Source of the DNA: a virus
DNA length: 16,031 nt
Direction: 5' to 3' (one strand)
IMG/VR virus record: IMGVR_UViG_3300045988_092906
Span: 1-16,031 of that record
A program made the translations under genes and the position numbers. Shown here one piece after another: positions 1-7,387 of this stretch. Positions within the stretch are counted from its first letter, which is position 1; every line of letters begins with the position of its first letter. The notes under the pieces were generated by a model. It was not told the DNA's origin. It saw only the letters and a program-made list of their open reading frames with translations, and did no database searches.

Positions 1-66
1 AAAAGGCTTACGTTATTCCCAATGAGAGCACGACACCCTTTTGATTAAAAAAGCACGAAAAAATAC

Positions 67-95
67 TTGACAAACGAACAAGCGTGTGGTATTAT
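67..95 (+). promoter_or_regulatory. Inward-reading sigma-A-type early promoter in ITR-L
   Basis: TTGACA (67-72), 17-nt spacer, TGgTATTAT (87-95, extended -10). It starts immediately after the ~66-nt segment shared with the buried terminus copy. Confidence 0.65.
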
Positions 96-165
96 AATTA
101 TAGAAACAAGGAAACCTAGTAAATATAAGGAGGGAAAAAAGATACTATGAAAAGGAGGAATAAAA

Positions 166-279
166 ATGAAGATTAAATATGACGAAAAAATATGGGATAG
201 CTTTGGTAAGGAACTTTGTGATATTATGAAGTCTAGCACTGTTGATGGTTTTATGTTAAAAAGGAGGTATAAAAAATGA
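166..279 (+). CDS. Small hypothetical early protein, 37 aa (MKIKYDEKIWDSFGKELCDIMKSSTVDGFMLKRRYKK); below the ORF-track size cutoff
   Basis: RBS AAAGGAGGA lies 7 nt upstream of the ATG at 166. The stop overlaps the next start (ATGA at 276-279), suggesting translational coupling. No recognisable family. Confidence 0.45.
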   Translation: MKIKYDEKIWDSFGKELCDIMKSSTVDGFMLKRRYKK

Positions 280-701
280 ACGAAGAAATTAATAGAGTTA
301 AAGTCGTTGTAATTAATTCTAATACAGGGCACATAGTTAGAAGTGAGGCGTTATACACAGACGAATCCTTATTAACAATAGTGCAGAGGTATAGCACTAA
401 AGATTCTATTGTTACGGCTTCAATAGATAATACTTGTTATTGTTTTTATATTAAAGATGAATTATATATATTTAGTACAAGTATTAGTGTAGAATTAATT
501 GAATTTTTTAAAGATGTGTTAGGGGGTTTATATGATAATGCTAGAGATAGTTTTCATATTCAATGGGGCAGAGTAGCAACATTATGTCAACAAATTAATG
601 ACGTAGACTATAGTAAATATGAGGTTATTTTAAATTCTATAGACAATATATGGGGAACAAGATATTATTCAAGATTTTTAAGGAGAGGTAAAAATGATTA
701 A
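276..701 (+). CDS. Hypothetical early protein, 141 aa (ITR copy 1)
   Basis: ORF with RBS AAAGGAGGT upstream. It overlaps the neighbouring genes at both ends. An identical copy lies at 15331-15756. No family recognised. Confidence 0.7.
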   Translation: MNEEINRVKVVVINSNTGHIVRSEALYTDESLLTIVQRYSTKDSIVTASIDNTCYCFYIKDELYIFSTSISVELIEFFKDVLGGLYDNARDSFHIQWGRVATLCQQINDVDYSKYEVILNSIDNIWGTRYYSRFLRRGKND

Positions 702-1158
702 ATACAGATTACATAATATCACAGATTTTGGGGTAGAAATACACGACTTTCACACTGAAAACTCACTAAACAACTACATAGCCTTATTTGTAGACGAACC
801 CTACTGGGTAGAAAATTTGTATACTAATAAAAACATTTATGTGGGTTTTGATGGAGAAGCCTATACCATTGATACTAAGGGAAATAAAGACTATATAGAG
901 ACATTTCAAAATCATAAAATCGATTCAGATAATGTTTCACGTGAAACATTGCATGAAACTCCTACAGAATGGATAACAAGACAAATACCTACAGAAGAAA
1001 AAGAGACATACACCAAATTAGAAAAAATATCATCTTTCTTAGGGGTCTTATCAGTCATAATCATGGCAACCTTTTTATTATATTTGTTCTTATCTTCTGT
1101 ATCATTTATAGCGGAACATTTCTCAGAGTTTACGTGGAAAGTGTTTAATATTTTATAA
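694..1158 (+). CDS. Hypothetical early protein, 154 aa, with a C-terminal transmembrane anchor (ITR copy 1)
   Basis: RBS AAGGAGAGG upstream and an 8-nt overlap with the previous ORF. There is a hydrophobic stretch ISSFLGVLSVIIMATFLLYLFLSSVSFI near the C-terminus. An identical copy lies at 14874-15338. It contains the 20-bp palindrome at 931-950 in frame (NVSRETL). Confidence 0.7.
   Translation: MIKYRLHNITDFGVEIHDFHTENSLNNYIALFVDEPYWVENLYTNKNIYVGFDGEAYTIDTKGNKDYIETFQNHKIDSDNVSRETLHETPTEWITRQIPTEEKETYTKLEKISSFLGVLSVIIMATFLLYLFLSSVSFIAEHFSEFTWKVFNIL
931..950. repeat. Copy of the conserved palindrome AATGTTTCACGTGAAACATT, inside a coding sequence
   Basis: Perfect 20-bp palindrome. The 18-bp core ATGTTTCACGTGAAACAT is identical to the copies at 8746, 9924, 10104, 11182 and 15083. 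Confidence 0.9.
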
Positions 1159-1170
1159 GGAGGAAAAAAT

Positions 1171-1212
1171 ATGGCAAAATTAACAAATGCGTTATTACGT
1201 TATTCCCAATGA
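1171..1212 (+). pseudogene. Truncated 5' fragment of the AbrB-like gene (MAKLTNALLRY + SQ*), created at the ITR junction
   Basis: The RBS plus the first 11 codons are identical to the start of the 14667-14861 gene. The frame then runs into the buried terminus copy and stops at TGA 1210-1212. Confidence 0.8.
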
Positions 1213-1254
1213 GACCACGACACCCTTTTGATTAAAAAAGCACGAAATAAATAC
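1195..1254 (+). repeat. Internal direct copy of the genome terminus (equals positions 8-66); candidate relic of the ancestral left end
   Basis: Aligned by eye. 1195-1247 equals 8-60 except C1215 vs G28. One extra T at 1248 follows, then AAATAC matches 61-66. Similarity ends where the terminus runs into the TTGACA promoter and the internal copy runs into the terminator. Confidence 0.85.
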
Positions 1255-1281
1255 CCCTCGTTTTTTCGAGGGGTATTTATT
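1246..1281. terminator. Bidirectional intrinsic terminator between the left-ITR operon (+) and the late operon (-)
   Basis: Perfect 15-bp stem AATAAATACCCCTCG / CGAGGGGTATTTATT with a TTTTTT loop. The A/T-rich arm ends give a U-rich tail in both directions. It lies between convergent genes ending at 1158/1212 and 1304. Confidence 0.75.
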
Positions 1282-1303
1282 AAATTTCTGCTACTAAATA
1301 TTG

Positions 1304-1990
1304 TTAGTATGTAATCATGTTATTTAATCTGCACCCAAAATAATTGTAAGGCGTAGAGGCGTTTGTATCATTAAAGACTACGTCACCATTAGTTTTTAGT
1401 CTGAATCCCTCAATTGCTAAGGTGCTTACAGCATTAGATTGGTCAACTACATTTCCAATAAAATCAACGTCTTTTGCAGGTGTAATATTTGGGATATTGA
1501 ATAAAACTCTTCTTGCTGAGCTACCACTTCCACCTAATACGGCGTTAAAAACAATAAGATGTGCTGTTCTATTAACACGGGCAATAACAGAGCCCGAATT
1601 GCCTGTAATTTCTTCCCACAAAGAAATATTATTGTTTAATTGTGCAATACTAGCTTGTGCGTCTTTTGCGTTATCATTTGCAACCGTTGCTGCTGCCTGT
1701 GCTTTTGAAATATTGCTATCTCTAGTTACGTTGCTAGAATTAATAGCGGAGACTGAGGATTGTAAATCGGAAATGTTCTTGCTATTTTGATTGGCTACTG
1801 TTGTTGCCTGTGTTGCTTTGGCTTCTGCGCTACCAGCTGTCTGATTAGCTGTTGTAGCTGTTTCTTGTACTTGATGAATACCTGCATCAATTTTAGACAT
1901 ATCAGAGTTATAATCTCCTAAATATGTCGGCTTGTCAGTACCAATGTACTGACTTAAATCATAGTAAGTTGTTTTGTTTGTTGAACTCAT
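1304..1990 (-). CDS. Tail fibre / receptor-binding protein, 228 aa
   Basis: Last gene of the late operon, with RBS AAGGAGGAG. The N-terminal YYDLSQYIGTDKPTYLGDYNSDMSKID motif is of the kind seen at N-termini of Firmicute phage fibres. An Ala/Gln/Asn/Ser-rich helical stalk is followed by a C-terminal globular part. Confidence 0.55.
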   Translation of the reverse strand: MSSTNKTTYYDLSQYIGTDKPTYLGDYNSDMSKIDAGIHQVQETATTANQTAGSAEAKATQATTVANQNSKNISDLQSSVSAINSSNVTRDSNISKAQAAATVANDNAKDAQASIAQLNNNISLWEEITGNSGSVIARVNRTAHLIVFNAVLGGSGSSARRVLFNIPNITPAKDVDFIGNVVDQSNAVSTLAIEGFRLKTNGDVVFNDTNASTPYNYFGCRLNNMITY

Positions 1991-2010
1991 TTTTGACTCC
2001 TCCTTAATAA

Positions 2011-2841
2011 TTATAATTTTAATGCTGTTTTAGCATTACTATCAAATGTGTAAGCGCTTAACGCTTTAGCTTCAAATCCCGATACTGTCAACAATAAAGC
2101 ATCAAATTCGCTTGTTGTGATAGGGTTGTTAAAGTGCAATTCTGCTAATTGATAGATAACATCTTGATAAAAGACATATTCGCCCGTAAACGGGTTGTTC
2201 ATGTATAAATTACTATCAACTCTAAATCTTTTTGCGCCGTATAAATCAAAATCTGTACAACTTAAAAGTAAATTATCAAACTCTGTGCAAGTTAAATTTA
2301 AAGAATCAAATTCAGTACAAGTTAAAGCATAATATCTTAGATTATCGTACATATCACCTAACGCTTGATTAAGGCTTGTATAATAACCTTTAACAGGGTT
2401 TAAAACTTGCATATTACTTGGAACAAAATTGTTAATATAATCATACAATTTTGCGATAGCAGAATCAATATATTCTCTTGTTTCAGTGTTTAACTGATAA
2501 ACGAGAATGTTTAATGTATTGATTCTACTAATTAAATCTTTTTGAATATTATCAATTTTCTTATCCAGTTCATCATCACGTTTATCCATATCATTTCTGA
2601 TATTTGCTTCTACTTCTGTGATATGTTTATAGATGTCTGCATTAAGACCGTCAACGTATTCTTTTAACTCTTTTACTTTTTTATCGGTGTACTGTTTATA
2701 TGCGTCTGTGAAACCATTAATTGCGTCAATACATTCATTGACTTTGTAATCAATATAGCACAAACATTCATAGTAACTCTGCTTATTGCTATATACACTT
2801 GGAACATCGCAACATATTAACGGTGTTAATTCTTTTGCCAT
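2011..2841 (-). CDS. Tail appendage/fibre protein, 276 aa, with a coiled-coil N-half and Cys-containing decapeptide repeats
   Basis: RBS AAGGAGGTG. It sits after the lower collar gene, as phi29 gp12 does. The N-terminal ~140 aa are charged and heptad-like. The repeats are LTCTEFDSLN/LTCTEFDNLL/LSCTDFDLYG, with a degenerate second block ITTSEFDALL/LTVSGFEAKA/LSAYTFDSNA. Confidence 0.5.
   Translation of the reverse strand: MAKELTPLICCDVPSVYSNKQSYYECLCYIDYKVNECIDAINGFTDAYKQYTDKKVKELKEYVDGLNADIYKHITEVEANIRNDMDKRDDELDKKIDNIQKDLISRINTLNILVYQLNTETREYIDSAIAKLYDYINNFVPSNMQVLNPVKGYYTSLNQALGDMYDNLRYYALTCTEFDSLNLTCTEFDNLLLSCTDFDLYGAKRFRVDSNLYMNNPFTGEYVFYQDVIYQLAELHFNNPITTSEFDALLLTVSGFEAKALSAYTFDSNAKTALKL
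2245..2334 (-). repeat. Three tandem 30-bp imperfect repeats encoding the fibre decapeptide repeats
   Basis: Plus-strand units start with ATCAAA at 2245, 2275 and 2305 (ATCAAAnTCnGTnCAAnTTAAA...). Confidence 0.8.
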
Positions 2842-2859
2842 TATATCACCTCCTTTTTT

Positions 2860-3567
2860 TTACCACACTTTTAGAAACAAATCTCTGCAAGCTTCTACAA
2901 GTTCTTTATTAATATTCTGTATTTGCTCACGATATTCTGCAATAGCTTCACTTGTTGATTTTCCTCTTAATCCTATCTCTTTTGTGTCTCTGTCTCTTTT
3001 GCTGTCTTTGTTGTCGTTTCCTGTATGTTTATTGTTTGCTGTTGTAGTCGTGTTATTGACAGTTTCGCCCCTACTCATAGCACTTGCGTAGTCTTGTGTA
3101 GCTACGGTGACTTGTGGATTGTCACTATCAATATTTTGGTAGTTTTGATTGTTTTTTACCTCGCTGTTTCCTGCATCTGTTGAGTTAGTTGTTGTTTTTT
3201 CATTTCCTTTTTCTGCTTCTGTGAATGTTACATATATATTTGTAAAAGGGTTATCGTTTTGAATTGCATTATACAGTTTTGTATAATATGGCGTCAATTC
3301 ATACATTTTTGCTATAAAAGCAGTTTTCCACATTCCTAGAGTTTCAAAACCAATATAATTATTCCAGTATCTTAACAAGAAATAGGTTTTAAAGGTGTAT
3401 AGGTCTTTTCTATCCTCTGAATAAAAAGGAAAATCAAAGTCAAAAAATTTGCTCTGTGTTTTATCGATTGTTCTTTGAACTGATAAGTCCATGCTCCACA
3501 ATTCCTGTTGCGGTATAAAACTTTCGCAAATGTCTTTTACAGTGGTAGTGTATTTACTCAATTTCAT
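2860..3567 (-). CDS. Lower collar protein (phi29 gp11 position), about 235 aa
   Basis: It lies directly downstream of the portal gene and overlaps it, and its size is similar to gp11. The central region is Asn/Thr-rich. The ORF-track start at 3570 is a GTG inside the RBS-like AGAGGGTG, so I prefer the ATG at 3567; the start remains uncertain. Confidence 0.5.
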   Translation of the reverse strand: MKLSKYTTTVKDICESFIPQQELWSMDLSVQRTIDKTQSKFFDFDFPFYSEDRKDLYTFKTYFLLRYWNNYIGFETLGMWKTAFIAKMYELTPYYTKLYNAIQNDNPFTNIYVTFTEAEKGNEKTTTNSTDAGNSEVKNNQNYQNIDSDNPQVTVATQDYASAMSRGETVNNTTTTANNKHTGNDNKDSKRDRDTKEIGLRGKSTSEAIAEYREQIQNINKELVEACRDLFLKVW

Positions 3568-4453
3568 CACCCTCTTTTCCTTTTTGCATATACTTGTCGG
3601 GGATATACCCGTTTAACATAGTAGGTAATTCACTATTGAAGTCCACCGACACATTAAGTCCCCATAATTTATTGATAGCTTTCGCGCATCTTCTTCTTAA
3701 TGTCAATCCAACATTTCGATTTGCTTCAACCTGTCCATTATTTCCTGCCGTTTCGCCAGTCACAAGGCGTTCACCTTTTTCTACTGGGTTGCTTTCATAC
3801 CCTAAAGAAGTTAATACTTGTGACCATAAATCCCTTAATTCCTGTTCGCATTTGTCTACTATGTAAGGCGCTCCCATGTTTAAGGCTTTAATGTCTTTCA
3901 AATTCAATGAATCTGAAACTTTAAGTACAGGCAAATAGTTATCGTACATTTCGCCTAATATTTCAAAGGACATTTTTTCATTATCAGAAGAAGAAAGTAC
4001 AACAGGTGTACGCTGTGCATACATATTAATACCTTTTGTTTTCCAAGTATTCGCCATAGCGTCTGCATACATTAATGCTTTGTAGTAGTATGGCATGGTT
4101 GAGTAATTGTTCCACAAGATACAACTATTTTCTTTCCCGTATTCTTCAATATAACCATTTGCCGTATAAGCAATTCTATCTTGAGGAATATTGTAAATAT
4201 CGGGCATACCCGAAAGTGTAACATTCATAAAAGCATACCCTGCAATATCATCCTTGATGAATACACCCAAACCACGCCAAAATAATGTTTGTTCAATGTA
4301 CATGGGCAATATTTCTTCGGGTAAGCCACGCCACTGGTATCTGTTTACAAATATATCGAAAATATCATAAAAATAAATAGATTTGATTATTTCAAAATCA
4401 TCTTTCATATTTTTATTTTTACATTTTTCAAAAACTCTTAAAGGGTTTCGCAC
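3554..4453 (-). CDS. Portal / upper collar connector (phi29 gp10-like), 299 aa
   Basis: Blocks match my recollection of phi29 gp10. These are YQWRGLP vs FEWENLP, NMYAQRTPVVL vs NQNAQKTPVLI, GAPYIVDK vs DAPYVVDK, EKGERLVTGE vs EKKERMVTDE, and INKLWGLNVSVDF vs INELYGLNVKVKF. GTG start at 4453 with RBS AAGGTGGTG. Confidence 0.85.
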   Translation of the reverse strand: MRNPLRVFEKCKNKNMKDDFEIIKSIYFYDIFDIFVNRYQWRGLPEEILPMYIEQTLFWRGLGVFIKDDIAGYAFMNVTLSGMPDIYNIPQDRIAYTANGYIEEYGKENSCILWNNYSTMPYYYKALMYADAMANTWKTKGINMYAQRTPVVLSSSDNEKMSFEILGEMYDNYLPVLKVSDSLNLKDIKALNMGAPYIVDKCEQELRDLWSQVLTSLGYESNPVEKGERLVTGETAGNNGQVEANRNVGLTLRRRCAKAINKLWGLNVSVDFNSELPTMLNGYIPDKYMQKGKEGDEIE

Positions 4454-4465
4454 GTTATCACCACC

Positions 4466-6082
4466 TTAATTATTTGACAATCCATAATTCCCTATGTCAT
4501 CAGTATGCCACAAAGTCACACCGTTGTCAAATATATTTCGCAATTTTTTTAATTGGTCTAAATCAATATCGCCTGTAAAACCACAATGTGATGTTTTTAC
4601 ATAATTCCATTGTGAACGAGAACGCAAATACGGTGTTGCAATTTTATTAATCGGATAACCAAATTGTTCGAAAAAACTATCTGCCATTTCAGCAAATTGT
4701 CTTTTGCACGACATTTCATAAAAATCAACACCACACTCTTTAATACCGGTCAACACATTTTCGGATAACGCTTTTCCATGTGTCACTCCTGCATTTCTCG
4801 CTCTGTCTGTCTGATTTGCTAACATTCCAAGAGCGTCCCAAAAAGCGTTCGTTGTTTTTCCTAATCCGTTAAGACCTCCTTGTAAACTTCCCCCAGCCAA
4901 TCCTGCTATTGCTGTTCCTGTTCCTATGGTAGCATCAACCGCTGTGTGAACTTGTGACAGAGCTATAGAACTTTTATTTTGCGCAAGCCATGCCCTGTAC
5001 GTATCAGAAGAAAAGGAACACATAGGAAAAGACGAGTTAATAAGCGCTTCATTCATTAGTCCGTGCCCTAATTCTTCGCGCGTCTTATAGTTTTTAGGCG
5101 CTGTGAGAACTTGTGGAAGTGTTGCAATTGTCCCGTAGCTGTCGAACTCAATCGACTTGTCTTGATTATAACTATATTCATACCTATAAATATGTGTGTT
5201 GCCTTGGTTATTATCAGCAAGACAAAATAACCACGGATAAGAATATAATTTTTTATTCTTCGGTTTATAACCCTCAAACACATTTTCGGATATCTGCATA
5301 CTTGTTATTTTTGGCTTAATTTCTTTTCCACCTAGTGCAAGCGTGCATAATTTTGGTGACATAAATAAACCTATAACAGCGTCTTGCGCTCCTTGGCTAT
5401 TATAATCTTGTAATAGCGTGTTTATTCCTTTTAGTCCATCATCTGTAGTAATATCATAATGGCCGATACTACCCCAACAGTACACTCCATTTTCCACTCT
5501 CCCCTCGAACCAACTTTGTTCCGTTGTACCACGTGTCACAAAAGCGCAACATTCAGTCGGTGTTAAGTCTAGTTTTTTATGCCGTGATACAATTGTCTCA
5601 CCTGTTTCGATATTAACAGGCGTTAAATTTACTCCTATCCCATCAGCACTTCTTGGGATATGATGATACTCTACAAAGCAAGGTTTAATATTCGCATCAT
5701 AAAAGTTATTCTGAAAAACATCAAGCGAAAAATTAATGCGTGTTGTTTTTTCAGACAACCATTCTATTGAATCGATAAAACAAAATACCCACTCGTTAGA
5801 AATGCCTGTATTCTGAAAAGCTAAATAATTGAGATTAAGTGCTTTCATTTCTGTGAACGGTACGCGAATGTCATAATTTCCTATTCGGATAGGCGCAAGA
5901 TGTGATAAATCAACCCCGTTGATATGTTTACGATAAGACTCTAAATGATTTAATAAGTCCTCTTTTGAGTTGTATAGTCTAACATGCTCGTATTCGTCCG
6001 ACCATGGCACTCCACTGTACAATCTTAATTTTGTTTCGGGGTTGCGTGGTGCAACCCCTCCCTGTGTTGGTAAATTTATCAT
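4466..6082 (-). CDS. Tail knob / distal tube protein (phi29 gp9-like), 538 aa
   Basis: The C-terminus FFEQFGYPINKIATPYLRSRSQWNYVKTSHCGFTGDIDLDQLKKLRNIFDNGVTLWHTDDIGNY closely parallels my recollection of gp9 ([37 protein letters not shown]...IFDNGITLWHTDNIGNY). The Gly/Ala-rich hydrophobic loop TGTAIAGLAGGSLQGGLNGLG resembles the gp9 membrane-active loop. Confidence 0.85.
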   Translation of the reverse strand: MINLPTQGGVAPRNPETKLRLYSGVPWSDEYEHVRLYNSKEDLLNHLESYRKHINGVDLSHLAPIRIGNYDIRVPFTEMKALNLNYLAFQNTGISNEWVFCFIDSIEWLSEKTTRINFSLDVFQNNFYDANIKPCFVEYHHIPRSADGIGVNLTPVNIETGETIVSRHKKLDLTPTECCAFVTRGTTEQSWFEGRVENGVYCWGSIGHYDITTDDGLKGINTLLQDYNSQGAQDAVIGLFMSPKLCTLALGGKEIKPKITSMQISENVFEGYKPKNKKLYSYPWLFCLADNNQGNTHIYRYEYSYNQDKSIEFDSYGTIATLPQVLTAPKNYKTREELGHGLMNEALINSSFPMCSFSSDTYRAWLAQNKSSIALSQVHTAVDATIGTGTAIAGLAGGSLQGGLNGLGKTTNAFWDALGMLANQTDRARNAGVTHGKALSENVLTGIKECGVDFYEMSCKRQFAEMADSFFEQFGYPINKIATPYLRSRSQWNYVKTSHCGFTGDIDLDQLKKLRNIFDNGVTLWHTDDIGNYGLSNN

Positions 6083-6103
6083 AGATATAAACCTCCATTA
6101 AAT

Positions 6104-7372
6104 TTACGCTTTTGTGAAACTTGCTGTTTTTGTGATAGTCTCGTTCGGTCTATAAATAGCTTTCAAGATAATAGTTCCTGTTTCGTCCGCTCCTGTATGA
6201 AGTAAATGTGTCCCTGGGATAACATAAGTCTTAGCTGACGTTGCACCGCTATCAACTTCCAATGTCACCAAATTCTGATGATATGTTCCCGTGCTACCTT
6301 TAACAGTAACTTCTACTTCCTGTGTCTGTCCTGCTGTGTATGTTCCTGCTGTTACTGACAAGGTTGGCGTTTCAACCACTGTGTCTGTGGTAAATACTCG
6401 AATTGGGTAGAACGGACTAGCACTGACCATTTCCACCTGTGTATAGAAGTAGTTCCATGAAAGCACATTTGCCAGTCTCTGGTCTGTCATTTCTTTGAAC
6501 TGGTCACGCACATTGAAGAATCGGACATCACACAAGACACCCTGAATAGCTGTGTTAGCGAATTTATCTACAATCACAGTCTGTACTTCCACTTCTGCTC
6601 TGTCCAAATGGAAAGCGTAAGCTAAAGCGTCAACACTGACCTGTGCGTTTACATTTGGGGTCGTTATCCAAATGAGATTGGACGGCATAGCGTGAGACGT
6701 TGCTCCTGCTGTGTTGTTTTCCGGTAATGGGAAACCAAACTCACCAACAGCTCTTTTTACTTCAATCAATAATTTTTTCGCTGTCGCTTCATCAACAACC
6801 GCGTCAACAGTCACTGCCGGAAGTACCTCTTTTTCATAACCAACATTAATCAAATCACGCATAGCAAGATACTCGTCCCAGTTCGCGGCTGTGATGGCAC
6901 TCTCCATTTTTGCCATAATCATGTCACGGATTCCATACTCGCTTGTAAAAGCTTTTCTCAAGTTGTCGTATGTCACAGTGACAGGGTACTGGATTTCAAG
7001 GTTTACATTGTGAAACACTGACATAATGTAGGATTGGTACTGCTGAAAGGCATACTTAAAGTCTGCCTGTGAGTCATACACGTGACCCTTGCACATATTT
7101 ACATATGTTTCCTCGTGTGTCTCCCCGTAACGCATTGGCTCTTTCTTGAAACGTGCTAACGGATTTCTCCACGCAATACTGTCTACGGTCTGCATACCAA
7201 TACGGTTAATTAATGACGGAACAATTTCGTTCCGAACAGGGGCAAAATTCAGAATGTTATCATAGACAGCCTGTAAATTGTCTGAGACTTCCACAGGCAA
7301 GTGGTTCTGAACCTCGAAAGAAAGCTCCTGTTTGACTGCTTTTAAAATGTTTTTATTTGTTGCGTCTGCCAT
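6104..7372 (-). CDS. Major capsid protein (phi29 gp8-like) with a C-terminal Ig-like domain, 422 aa
   Basis: [34 protein letters not shown] parallels gp8 [42 protein letters not shown] parallels LYWNYYYHV. The C-terminal ~90 aa are a Thr/Val/Gly-rich beta-type segment like the gp8 BIG2 domain. It follows the scaffold gene. Confidence 0.85.
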   Translation of the reverse strand: [422 protein letters not shown]

Positions 7373-7387
7373 TTGTTAAAACCTCCC

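Larger units (their letters stand above)
1..1203 (+). repeat. Left inverted terminal repeat (ITR-L), 1203 bp, reverse complement of 14829-16031
   Basis: I compared the termini base by base (1-72 vs 15960-16031) and a mid-repeat block (481-540 vs 15492-15551). The ORF translations covering 45-1158 are identical to their mirror ORFs. Identity ends after 1203 (T1204 vs A in the right arm). No mismatch noticed, but I did not check every base. Confidence 0.9.

Noticed and set aside
147-176. 9-codon mini-ORF MKRRNKNED in the ITR leader
   Set aside because: It could be a leader peptide, but it is too short to support and consists mostly of the RBS of the next ORF read as codons.
45-332. 95-aa minus-strand ORF in ITR-L (mirror at 15700-15987, plus strand)
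   Set aside because: It is a low-complexity Phe/Ile/Leu-rich translation antisense to the promoter, the RBSs and two better-supported ORFs. It has no RBS.
931-950. Palindrome as a known host operator (LexA/Cheo box, CRP/Rex TGTGA-N6-TCACA, cre, CodY, TnrA)
   Set aside because: Half-site sequence and spacing do not fit any of these consensus sequences. The arm orientation GTTTC-ACGT-GAAAC is the reverse of the Cheo box (GAAC-N4-GTTC).
1-1203. Long ITR as a pure assembly artefact
   Set aside because: This cannot be excluded without reads. However, the junction is a clean 9-nt microhomology, and the buried terminus copy has diverged from the true termini (one substitution and one indel). Together with the convergent operons meeting at a bidirectional terminator, these fit a real biological rearrangement better than a mis-join. 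It remains a refutation condition in the findings.
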